DNA of 64,000 bases from an uncultured virus (IMG/VR IMGVR_UViG_3300018878_000143) (Duplodnaviria; Heunggongvirae; Uroviricota; Caudoviricetes), in the IMG/VR virus record IMGVR_UViG_3300018878_000143. One strand, given 5' to 3'. The notes under the pieces were generated by a model that ran no database searches, was not told the DNA's origin, and was given only the letters and a program-made list of their open reading frames with translations. This document shows positions 30,803-38,825 of this stretch, piece after piece (the first letter of the stretch is position 1; the number at the start of each line of letters is the position of its first letter). Made by a program: the position numbers and the translations under genes.

Positions 30803-31558
30803 GTGATTACAGCACAATCAGTAAAAAACCAATTTCGCACTCTCTTAGATAGTGCAAATGAAAAAACAGGCGTAAGTAATATTAATTTGACCGATGCGGT
30901 AGATACATTAATCGCCGGGTATCACATTGAAAAATGTCCTGGGGGCACACATATAAATAGTAATCTAAATAATGTATCTTTAGTACATAACTATAGCGCT
31001 ACTTTATCTCCGCCAGTAGGTTTTATATGTAATTCGTCTGATGTACATATAACAATGGGTGAAAATAATATTACACAATCTTCATATTCAGACAATTTAG
31101 TGACAGTTGAAAATATTACAGAAGACGTTACTATAAATGTGAATCGTGTTCGTGTTGAGAACTTTGATTTGTGGGTAGGACACCATATAACTACCGTAGA
31201 TGTTTATGCTGGCTTTGCACTAAATGACAAATATTTATTTGCGTCCTCTACAAAGAATGTAGACAACCTAAGTATTAGTGGCTATTACCCCATACAAATC
31301 CCCGATAATGCTACTAATATGAATATAGGTGTATCTGACACCATGGGACATGGACTAGCTGTAACGAACTATGGTTATTTTGTTGTAAGCTATGATGCAG
31401 ATTCTCAAACTTGGAGCAGGATTGGATTTGGCGGCGGTACCTCTGGCAGCTTTTCAATATCAGAAATTGGTGGAAAGTACATTTTTATTAATCTGTTGTT
31501 TAGTGGAAGTGTTCCGGAGGACTATGACCCTTCACAAATCACGGTTACATTTCGCTGA
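30803..31558 (+). CDS. Fibre/adhesin, paralog of 29493-30788
   Basis: N-terminus aligns with the upstream gene (SVK...TG....N..DA..TL..G....C.GG.HI); one Ig-like repeat. Confidence 0.7.
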   Translation: MITAQSVKNQFRTLLDSANEKTGVSNINLTDAVDTLIAGYHIEKCPGGTHINSNLNNVSLVHNYSATLSPPVGFICNSSDVHITMGENNITQSSYSDNLVTVENITEDVTINVNRVRVENFDLWVGHHITTVDVYAGFALNDKYLFASSTKNVDNLSISGYYPIQIPDNATNMNIGVSDTMGHGLAVTNYGYFVVSYDADSQTWSRIGFGGGTSGSFSISEIGGKYIFINLLFSGSVPEDYDPSQITVTFR

Positions 31559-31580
31559 TAAAACCAATATTTCATACATA

Positions 31581-31723
31581 ACCGGGCTCAATCGGGCCCG
31601 GTATTGTTATATCCGCACAGACATGCTCTCACCTGCTCAGATGAATCAGTTTCTGAGATAGGTTATGTGGGCGTGTCTTTTTCTATGTAAAAAAATAAGC
31701 CACCAGAAACGAATCTGATGGCT
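31581..31723. other. Structured intergenic region: hairpin, long + strand terminator-like hairpin and - strand terminator
   Basis: Stems at 31581-31602, 31619-31678 (followed by TTTTT on +) and 31698-31723 (U-tract on -). Confidence 0.6.
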
Positions 31724-31770
31724 CTAGGAATCATTCTAAAAAATCGATTGGCTTGGAAGGAGGAATATTC

Positions 31771-32574
31771 TTGACAGCAATTGAAAAAGTAATTCAAGTG
31801 GCAAAGAATGAGATTGGGTATCTTGAAAAGGCAACTAACTCTAATCTCGACAGTCACACAGGCAATGCCGGTTATAACAACTGGACTAAGTATGCCAGAG
31901 ATCTTGCTCAGCTCGGAGTTTACAACGGTAACAAGAATGGATATCACTGGTGTGATGTCTTTGTTGACTGGTGCTTTATCAAGGCTTTTGGTCTTGAAAT
32001 GGGCATGAAGCTTCTGTGTCAACCCATGGGCGGTCTTGGTGCCGGCTGTGAGTTCTCTATGAAGTACTACAAAGCAAAGGGTCAGCTGAAGACCGAGCCT
32101 AAGCCCGGAGACCAAATTTTCTTCAGCAACGATGGATGGGCTACATCTTACCACACTGGTCTTGTTATTGATGTACGCGATGGACGAGTCTATACAATCG
32201 AGGGCAATACATCTGCAGCATCTGGCGTAGTCGCTAATGGCGGTGGTGTTGCGCCCAAGTCTTATCCAATTAGTTATGGCAGATATGGTCGCCCCGACTA
32301 TTCCTTGGTCGAGGGCATGGAGTTCGAGGAGGATGATGATATGAACGTTGAAAGATTTAGAGAACTGTGGCTGCAGATGCGCGAAGGTCTGCAGGATAAT
32401 GATTCCGCACAGTGGAGCAAGGAAGCTCGTGACTGGGCTATTAACTCTGGTTTGATCACTGGCGGTAATGTAACTGCTACCGGTGAACCCAACTATATGT
32501 GGGAAGACGTTCTCACAAGAGAGCAGATGGCTACCATCCTATACAGATTTGCAAAGATGATGGGTAAGGTGTGA
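31771..32574 (+). CDS. Endolysin, CHAP amidase domain with C-terminal SLH domain
   Basis: TTG start after AAGGAGG; WCDVFVDWCF, HTGLV, TIEGNTS; SLH motif WSKEARDWA..GLITG...LTREQMATILYR. Confidence 0.9.
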   Translation: MTAIEKVIQVAKNEIGYLEKATNSNLDSHTGNAGYNNWTKYARDLAQLGVYNGNKNGYHWCDVFVDWCFIKAFGLEMGMKLLCQPMGGLGAGCEFSMKYYKAKGQLKTEPKPGDQIFFSNDGWATSYHTGLVIDVRDGRVYTIEGNTSAASGVVANGGGVAPKSYPISYGRYGRPDYSLVEGMEFEEDDDMNVERFRELWLQMREGLQDNDSAQWSKEARDWAINSGLITGGNVTATGEPNYMWEDVLTREQMATILYRFAKMMGKV

Positions 32575-32948
32575 TAGTCTTGATTAGCAAAAACACAAAG
32601 CCCAAAAAAGAGAAGCAGAAGAAGGGCTGTCCCCTATTGGCTCATTTTGCTAAGCTTGGTTTTACTAATCGACTCGCCCTCTACATACTACTCTTTCTTG
32701 CTGCCGGTTTGGTCGGCGGCTTTTATCTTGCCCTGAAGAGTATTTCCACTGGGTATACCGGCGCTCTTATGTGCTGGACAGTTGTCTTTACTCCGATAGG
32801 TACAGCAGTAAGCATTGCTATAAGCCGTGTGGTCGATAAGAATAGGGCAGAAAATGTGGGTGGCAATGGTGATGGTATTACTTTTGCTTCTGCTCAAGCC
32901 AAAGGGTTCTTAAAGCAATCTATTTCAAAAGACAGTCCATCAATATAA
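32571..32948 (+). CDS. Two-TM membrane protein in the lysis cassette (holin-like)
   Basis: Basic N-terminus, two hydrophobic helices, GTGA overlap with the lysin. Confidence 0.55.
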   Translation: MIVLISKNTKPKKEKQKKGCPLLAHFAKLGFTNRLALYILLFLAAGLVGGFYLALKSISTGYTGALMCWTVVFTPIGTAVSIAISRVVDKNRAENVGGNGDGITFASAQAKGFLKQSISKDSPSI

Positions 32949-32979
32949 CAGATCCCTCCGCTTCGGCGGAGGGCGATCC

Positions 32980-33321
32980 ATGGGAGGAACTAATATGCAA
33001 ACACGTACATTTTGGCAAAAGCTGAAGTCCACGAAGTTATGGTGCGCCATCGCAGGCATTGTTCTTGGCGTTATTTTAGCAGTTGGTGGAAATGGAGCTG
33101 AAAGTGATGTTCAAGCTATTGCCGGTTGCGTTACCGCTCTTATTTCTGCAATTACATATATTGTTACCGAAGGTAAGATCGACGCAGCCAGCGCATCCAC
33201 CATTGGCACAGCATTGCAGGGTATTATCGAGTATATCTCTGATATGTTTGAAGTCGAAGAGGGCGTCCTTGTCGAGGCCGACGCAGAAACAGAGGTAGCC
33301 CAAGATGCTGAACTATCTTAA
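32980..33321 (+). CDS. Holin (two TM), possible dual start at 32980/32995
   Basis: FWQKLKSTKLW..IAG...YIVTEG.IDA pattern typical of small phage holins. Confidence 0.7.
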   Translation: MGGTNMQTRTFWQKLKSTKLWCAIAGIVLGVILAVGGNGAESDVQAIAGCVTALISAITYIVTEGKIDAASASTIGTALQGIIEYISDMFEVEEGVLVEADAETEVAQDAELS

Positions 33322-33928
33322 TTATTTAAATGTACCAACTAAAATCGCAATTGGAGTAGCAGTCGTCTTTTTTGGTATGCAAGGCATTGGAGAAATTTTG
33401 GAATTCAAGGGCAAAGTAGTACCAGAGTTCCTTAAGATCAGAAAAGTATTTACCAGAAAGAAAAGAGAAAAAGAAGAGGCAGCACAAACACTAAAAGAAG
33501 TGAGACAGCTGTTGAGCGATGTAAACAGCCATTACTCAGCTGACAATATCTCCAAACGCGATAAGTGGATGCAATGGGTAAATGACAGGGCTGATACCTA
33601 TGATGATTCTATCGTAGAAATCAGCAAAAATTTAGCCGATGTAACAGAGGCTCTGAGAGACAACACTAAAATGACAGAAGAAATGTTTGTTCAGAGCAGC
33701 AGAGATAGAATTATTGATTTTGCCAATAGAGTTAGTAACGAAAACGCAGTTGTTTCGAGAGAAGAGTTTAATCGTATTTTTAAGGTTTACGACAGATACG
33801 AGGTCTTCCTTGAAGAGCGTGGACTTACAAACGGTGAGATTGATATTGTTTATAGGATCATAACTGAGTCCTATGAAAATCACATGAAAAATCATACGTT
33901 CCTGGAGGATGTCCGAGGATACGAATGA
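33305..33928 (+). CDS. Single-TM coiled-coil protein of the lysis cassette
   Basis: N-terminal TM; R.RIIDFAN...REEF..I...Y..YE...NGEI C-terminal domain typical of Firmicute phage lysis regions. Confidence 0.6.
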   Translation: MLNYLNYLNVPTKIAIGVAVVFFGMQGIGEILEFKGKVVPEFLKIRKVFTRKKREKEEAAQTLKEVRQLLSDVNSHYSADNISKRDKWMQWVNDRADTYDDSIVEISKNLADVTEALRDNTKMTEEMFVQSSRDRIIDFANRVSNENAVVSREEFNRIFKVYDRYEVFLEERGLTNGEIDIVYRIITESYENHMKNHTFLEDVRGYE

Positions 33929-33972
33929 TAACTGAAATTCAGATATTTGTGGGTGTAAATATCTAAGTATTT

Positions 33973-34013
33973 ATGAGAGCTTTCTCCATATCGGAGTTGG
34001 CTCTCATTTTTTT
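33973..34013 (+). terminator. Terminator ending the late operon
   Basis: ATGAGAGC..CTCC-ATATC-GGAG..GCTCTCAT followed by TTTTTT. Confidence 0.75.
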
Positions 34014-34027
34014 GCGCCATAATCGGC

Positions 34028-34072
34028 AAAAAAATAAAGGGCAAGATAGAAGCTTAGTTCTACCCTGCCCTT
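34028..34072 (-). terminator. Convergent - strand terminator
   Basis: AAGGGCA..TAGAA/TTCTA..TGCCCTT stem preceded by an A-run on +. Confidence 0.6.
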
Positions 34073-34205
34073 AAACAATATTCTCTTAAAACATAGTTAA
34101 TCGAAATTAGCGATCTTTTAAAGGAACATATAGTATGTATTTCGCCCCAACATGATAGCTGAGACGAAGAAAAGATAATGGAATAGTTTAGAATACTCCG
34201 AATAG

Positions 34206-34225
34206 TTTGACACCTTTTTGACACC
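34206..34225 (+). repeat. Integrase arm-type sites (left): 2 x TTTGACACC
   Basis: Copies at 34206-34214 and 34217-34225; the same motif recurs on the other side of the core. Confidence 0.75.
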
Positions 34226-34230
34226 TTTTT

Positions 34231-34270
34231 CGGAGGATAAAAAGGGATACAAAAGGATAAAATAGGACAA
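34231..34270 (+). repeat. Four 10-bp phased GGA(T/C)A(A/C) repeats, candidate Xis sites
   Basis: GGATAA 34235, GGATAC 34245, GGATAA 34255, GGACAA 34265. Confidence 0.55.
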
Positions 34271-34415
34271 TTTCGAGCGAGTGCAGCTAATCTATGCGGA
34301 ATGCAAAGCAAAATCCCACTCTTGATATCCGAAACATTCAGAAGCAAAATGGTAGCAAAAAACAAAGAAACCGAAAGAAACTTGAACTTTCCAAGCATCT
34401 ACCGATTTCTTTGTT

Positions 34416-34463
34416 TGGCAGGGGCACAAGGACTTGAACCCTGAGCCTACGGTTTTGGAGACC
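34416..34463 (-). other. attP core: 3' half of tRNA-Trp(CCA)
   Basis: Minus strand GGTCTCCAAAACCGTAGGCTCAGGGTTCAAGTCCTTGTGCCCCTGCCA gives anticodon loop, T-arm, acceptor 3' strand and CCA; no matching 5' half; adjacent to the integrase. Confidence 0.9.
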
Positions 34464-34520
34464 CATCCGCCAAACTCCGCAAACGCTTGAAAATACTGGC
34501 TTTCAGCCATCGAAAAAATT

Positions 34521-34541
34521 TTTGACACCAATTTTGACACC
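34521..34541 (+). repeat. Integrase arm-type sites (right): 2 x TTTGACACC
   Basis: Copies at 34521-34529 and 34533-34541. Confidence 0.75.
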
Positions 34542-34552
34542 AATTTTTTGAG

Positions 34553-35671
34553 CTATTTTATAGCTCTGTCCAACATCGCAACTGCGTCTGAGTAGTCATT
34601 TTGCAGTGCATGAACATACGTCTGTAATGTAATGTTGATGTCTCCATGCCCTAATAGTTTGGAGACTGTCTTGGGCGACACTCCATTTCGTATTAGCGTA
34701 GTCGCAAACGAATGTCTGAGAGAGTGCACACCATAAATCCTATCTTCTGGTATGCCCGCAGCTTTTAACACTCTGCGGAATGTCGTGTCTAACACCTTAG
34801 GGTATGTCGGATTGCCGTGTCTCGATGCAAGCACATAGTTACTACTCTTTATCTTTTGTAGTTCTATGAGTGCTTCTACGGCCATCTCATTGAGAGGAAC
34901 TGTGCGCATACCATTCTGTGTCTTTGTAACCTTTTGGTCAACAAGCTTGTTTCTGGTTGTTGCACCCTCATCTCGGTTCTTTACCAATACCCTATTTCCT
35001 TTGATTATAATTTGTTTTTTCTTAAAGTCAACATTGTCCCATGTCAACCCACAAAGCTCACCAAGGCGTAGTCCTGTATTGCCGAGCAGAACAATTGCCC
35101 ACCCCTGTCTGAACACAGGCACCCCATTGGAATACTTTCTGGTTGACGCATCATAAATTTTGCGTAGCTCGTCTTCTTCATAGAATATGATTTCGCCTTT
35201 TGGTTTCTTGTTAACAGATGGCACTTTTACAAAGGTGGTTGGATCACTGGTTATTGTTTCTCGTTCCAGATAATATCTGAAACACCCGCTTAAAAGCTCA
35301 AATGCTTTCTTGACCGTCGAATAGGAGTATCCCTTATTACATAGATCAATCAGCATATCATCTATGTCGCCTTTTTTGATTGTACTGAACTGCTGTTTTG
35401 CAAAATACAGCTTTACTTGGTTTTCCCAAACCTGCTCAAGCCTGTCAAAACTACTCGGTTTCAGCCTAACTTGTTGTACACTTAGCCACTTCGTTATAGC
35501 ATCTTCAGCAGTCAATTTTGCCACCGGGACAGCTTGTATTATGCTTACCGCTTTCATTTCTTTAAGCTTCCGTTTTGCTTCAGCTTCTGTTTTGCAGGTC
35601 GTTTGCCTGTTCTTGTATTTTACTGTCCACCGACCATCTGCTCTTTTTGAAATACTTCCAGACTTTGCCAT
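34553..35671 (-). CDS. int: Tyrosine integrase
   Basis: Catalytic set GLRLGE (R), KT (K), HSLRH, LGH, TYVH (Y); GGAGG RBS. Confidence 0.95.
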   Translation of the reverse strand: MAKSGSISKRADGRWTVKYKNRQTTCKTEAEAKRKLKEMKAVSIIQAVPVAKLTAEDAITKWLSVQQVRLKPSSFDRLEQVWENQVKLYFAKQQFSTIKKGDIDDMLIDLCNKGYSYSTVKKAFELLSGCFRYYLERETITSDPTTFVKVPSVNKKPKGEIIFYEEDELRKIYDASTRKYSNGVPVFRQGWAIVLLGNTGLRLGELCGLTWDNVDFKKKQIIIKGNRVLVKNRDEGATTRNKLVDQKVTKTQNGMRTVPLNEMAVEALIELQKIKSSNYVLASRHGNPTYPKVLDTTFRRVLKAAGIPEDRIYGVHSLRHSFATTLIRNGVSPKTVSKLLGHGDINITLQTYVHALQNDYSDAVAMLDRAIK

Positions 35672-35685
35672 AAACATACGCCTCC

Positions 35686-35877
35686 TCAAATGATGAAATA
35701 TGATCCTTCATATGTCGAAAACCAGCGCTGCAGGGCACTTTTTTCGACTATGTATCTTCCTCCAACTTTGATTGAGGGAAATGACGGAGAACGCATAAGT
35801 TCATAGGCTTGTCTTTTTCCACACTTAAATAATTCCTGAATTTCCTTAACTGTATATACTTCTAAACCATTTAACAT
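35686..35877 (-). CDS. xis: Excisionase-like winged HTH protein
   Basis: YTVKEIQELF.CG...AYELM....FPSIKVG.RYIV; directly upstream of int. Confidence 0.8.
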   Translation of the reverse strand: MLNGLEVYTVKEIQELFKCGKRQAYELMRSPSFPSIKVGGRYIVEKSALQRWFSTYEGSYFII

Positions 35878-35910
35878 CTTCCATCTCCATTTTCGCGCAG
35901 ACAACAGTGT

Positions 35911-35940
35911 AGCCGCCCCACAAAGGGGCGGCTTTTCTTT
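35911..35940 (+). terminator. + strand intrinsic terminator between dut and xis
   Basis: AGCCGCCCC-ACAAA-GGGGCGGCT followed by TTTCTTT on + only. Confidence 0.65.
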
Positions 35941-36560
35941 TATCGTCCTGTAGAACCAATGCCACCATTTCTGGTAACTGTAGTCTTGTCTGACTGTGTT
36001 GTTCCATATGGCATAAAAATACCCTGTACAAAGCCGTCGCCGGTATTAACCATCAACTTTTTGTTTCCAGAGTCATTCGTCATCTTAACAAAGATATGAC
36101 CCTCATTGTCTGAGTAGTAATAGTCTGAGTCAATAACTCCCATGGTATTGTCAAGCTGCGCTCTGTACTTAAATCCCAAGCTGCTTCTCGGAAGACATCC
36201 AAGCCACCAGTCGTTACGAATCTTTACACGAATACCTGTCGGGATTTTAATGGTGTGTCTGGGCATCAATTCAAATGAAAACGGCGCCTTAAAATCGTAT
36301 CCAGCACTTCCCTTTGTAGCTCTGGTAGGAAGTTCAATCGCATCATACATTTCTTTGACACGTTCAACATACTCGACTTCGCTTACCTCTGGGGCTAAAT
36401 GCTCATAAAACTCGTCTTTCATAGCAGAATAGAACTGCTTAAAGCTGACCTTTTCAAATTCTCCAACCTTTCTCTTGTTGCGGTCTTCCCACATTAGAGC
36501 AACAAGAACTACTACCAAAATCAGTTGAATACCGACTGAGATATATTGATATAAATTCAT
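35940..36560 (-). CDS. dut: Trimeric dUTPase with N-terminal hydrophobic segment
   Basis: Motifs SAGYDF, PRSS, GVIDSDY, GDGFVQ, RNGGIGSTG. Confidence 0.9.
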   Translation of the reverse strand: MNLYQYISVGIQLILVVVLVALMWEDRNKRKVGEFEKVSFKQFYSAMKDEFYEHLAPEVSEVEYVERVKEMYDAIELPTRATKGSAGYDFKAPFSFELMPRHTIKIPTGIRVKIRNDWWLGCLPRSSLGFKYRAQLDNTMGVIDSDYYYSDNEGHIFVKMTNDSGNKKLMVNTGDGFVQGIFMPYGTTQSDKTTVTRNGGIGSTGR

Positions 36561-36572
36561 TTTATTCTCCTC

Positions 36573-38825
36573 TTATTCACACTTTGTCCATCCACACGAT
36601 TTACAAGTCATACACCCGACTTCATAAATCACGTTTTCTCCGCACTGCGGACACTTGTCACTGACTGTCTCTCTGGTATCGTTGTGACATACACATTCTT
36701 CACAATCGCCACTTTCGTCATACAGAACTTCATCCAACATCTCCTCATACATTTCGATAAGAGCATTTCCGACTGCCATCGGGCAACAAGATCCCTTTGA
36801 TGTATCGTGAGAAACGGCTCTTCGTGTTGCATATGAGGGACAGGTTCCCGTACTATTCAGCTGGTCTTGGATGGTGTACACACTGACACCTGCACGAGCG
36901 AGAAGCGAAATAGTTCTGCTCAAGCCTGTCATAAAGTTGGCACACCCACCGGTCGAACCTTTAGCAAGGAAGCACTCTTGTAATTCTGCTGTAACGGGGT
37001 CAAAGTATGCCATCACATGAAGGCTGCCACAGCCCGTTGTCAGCTTTCTCTTTTTGCCGACAAGCTCATTGGAGCATTCAATAATATCTCCCCTACTCAG
37101 CTCACGGTACGGTTCTTCTTTTGTAGAAGTGTTGGCTTTTGTAGAAAGGATTGGCATTCTCTTACATCCGCTTCTGAAAATCGTAACACCTTTTAGCTTT
37201 TGCTTCCAACTCTCCAAATAAAGCTGTGCAATGTCTTCACACGTCGCACTCTCAGGAAGATTGACTGTAGATGAGATGGCCGTATCAACATGCCGTTGCA
37301 TGGCAGCCTGTGTTGCGATACGAGCTTCCCACGGAATGTCGCTCGAACTCACAAAATAGTCAGGCAGTTCATGCTTTCCAGTGAAAGCCATATATTCCCT
37401 TGCAGCCTTACAGTAAACATCAAAGTATGTATCCTGCCCCTCGGTCATGCCGATAGTTCGTCTTGTATATTTGAGAGCAAATTCCGGCTCACAGCCACCA
37501 CTTTCATTCAGAAGATTTGAGATACTGCCAGTAGGCGCAATGGAAAGCAGTGAGCAGTTTCTTAGCCCATACGGCTTCATTGCATCCAACTCATCTTGTG
37601 TAAAGTGCTCTTTAAGGATGTCTGCATCGAACAACAAATCGTTGTACTTTGGGAACGGCCCATACTCCTTGGCAAGTTCATTACTCTTGATGACAGCAGC
37701 TTTAAACATCATGCCAAAAATCTCTTCGGTGAACTTAATTGCTTCGTTGGAACCATATTTCATCCCAAGCTTCATAAGTGCCGTAGCATAACCAAAAATA
37801 CCGAGTCCGATATTACGGTAGTTGTAAGACATCTTCTGTTGCTCTTCCAGAGGATGTCTTGAGTAATTCTCGTCAATGAGCTTATCAAGTGTTTCGATGC
37901 CAACTCTCACAGCATTTACGAAATCTGACACATCGACATGAGCCTGTTCTGTGTATGGATTTTTGACGAATTCAGAAAGGTTAAGTGACGCAAGGCAACA
38001 GGCGCCATGCTTGGGCAAAGGTTGTTCCCCGCAGGGATTACATGTCTCAATCTGATAATTGGGATCGTACTGCATCAAATTGTGGTTTCTAAACTCATCT
38101 ACAAACAGACATGCGGGGTCTGCCCAGTCATATGAGTTCTGAACAAGTGCTTCAAACACTTTGATTGGAACGACATCATATTCTACTACATGTCCACTGT
38201 AATTGCGCTTTTCATGTAAAGTAACAATCTCGCCGGTCTGGTAGTATTTCTCTACTGCACGCATAAACTCATCGTCGATCTCAAGAGACAAGTTTGCCTT
38301 TTCGATAGAACCCTCCGTGGATTTGATATGGATAAAATCGATTGCTTCTTTGTGTCGTGCATCGATAGACAACATCAATGCACCCTTTCGAGAGCCGCCC
38401 TGACTTGTTCCGGCGGTGACCTCATTGTAGATCTTCATAAATGGGATGATACCATCTGATGAGTACTCTTTTCCGATGGGTGTGCCCTTTGGTCTTAACT
38501 TACTAAGTGAAATACCCTGTCCACCTTGTGACTTGAATGTTAAACCAATATCAACAGCGGCCTGCATAATGTCACGATAGTCGTCTTCTACAAAACCACG
38601 AGAGTAACAGTTAAAATATGACGCACTGCTATCCGTTCCTCTGTTTGTGAGCGTTCTTCCGCCGAGCAAAATCTTTTTCTGCTTTACATACTTACGAAGT
38701 TCTTCGTCTCCGCCACTCACTCTGTCCAAAAAGCATTCAAAATCTTCTTCATTGTGTCTGTACTTGCTGTCATATATTTTAAGTCCAAGTTCATTTTCAT
38801 TTCCGAGCCATTCGTTTACTGTCAT
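36573..38825 (-). CDS. nrdJ: Class II (B12-dependent) ribonucleotide reductase with C-terminal TSCPD/zinc-ribbon region
   Basis: CNPCGEQPL, ACCLAS, IAPTGS, ISSTVN, KGVTIFR; C-terminal Cys pairs; no nrdB/F gene in the window. Confidence 0.85.
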   Translation of the reverse strand: MTVNEWLGNENELGLKIYDSKYRHNEEDFECFLDRVSGGDEELRKYVKQKKILLGGRTLTNRGTDSSASYFNCYSRGFVEDDYRDIMQAAVDIGLTFKSQGGQGISLSKLRPKGTPIGKEYSSDGIIPFMKIYNEVTAGTSQGGSRKGALMLSIDARHKEAIDFIHIKSTEGSIEKANLSLEIDDEFMRAVEKYYQTGEIVTLHEKRNYSGHVVEYDVVPIKVFEALVQNSYDWADPACLFVDEFRNHNLMQYDPNYQIETCNPCGEQPLPKHGACCLASLNLSEFVKNPYTEQAHVDVSDFVNAVRVGIETLDKLIDENYSRHPLEEQQKMSYNYRNIGLGIFGYATALMKLGMKYGSNEAIKFTEEIFGMMFKAAVIKSNELAKEYGPFPKYNDLLFDADILKEHFTQDELDAMKPYGLRNCSLLSIAPTGSISNLLNESGGCEPEFALKYTRRTIGMTEGQDTYFDVYCKAAREYMAFTGKHELPDYFVSSSDIPWEARIATQAAMQRHVDTAISSTVNLPESATCEDIAQLYLESWKQKLKGVTIFRSGCKRMPILSTKANTSTKEEPYRELSRGDIIECSNELVGKKRKLTTGCGSLHVMAYFDPVTAELQECFLAKGSTGGCANFMTGLSRTISLLARAGVSVYTIQDQLNSTGTCPSYATRRAVSHDTSKGSCCPMAVGNALIEMYEEMLDEVLYDESGDCEECVCHNDTRETVSDKCPQCGENVIYEVGCMTCKSCGWTKCE

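Noticed and set aside
20473..31558. Diversity-generating retroelement or invertible shufflon acting on the fibre genes
   Set aside because: No reverse transcriptase or invertase in the window; the shared blocks I compared differ at many non-adenine, mostly synonymous positions, unlike a TR/VR pair
220..33895. Antisense ORFs in the late region (e.g. 220-828, 4456-5223, 16752-17258, 31663-32154)
   Set aside because: Shadows of codon-biased + strand genes with no recognisable motifs
34416..34500. Complete phage tRNA-Trp gene
   Set aside because: No D-arm or 5' acceptor strand upstream; better explained as the attP core
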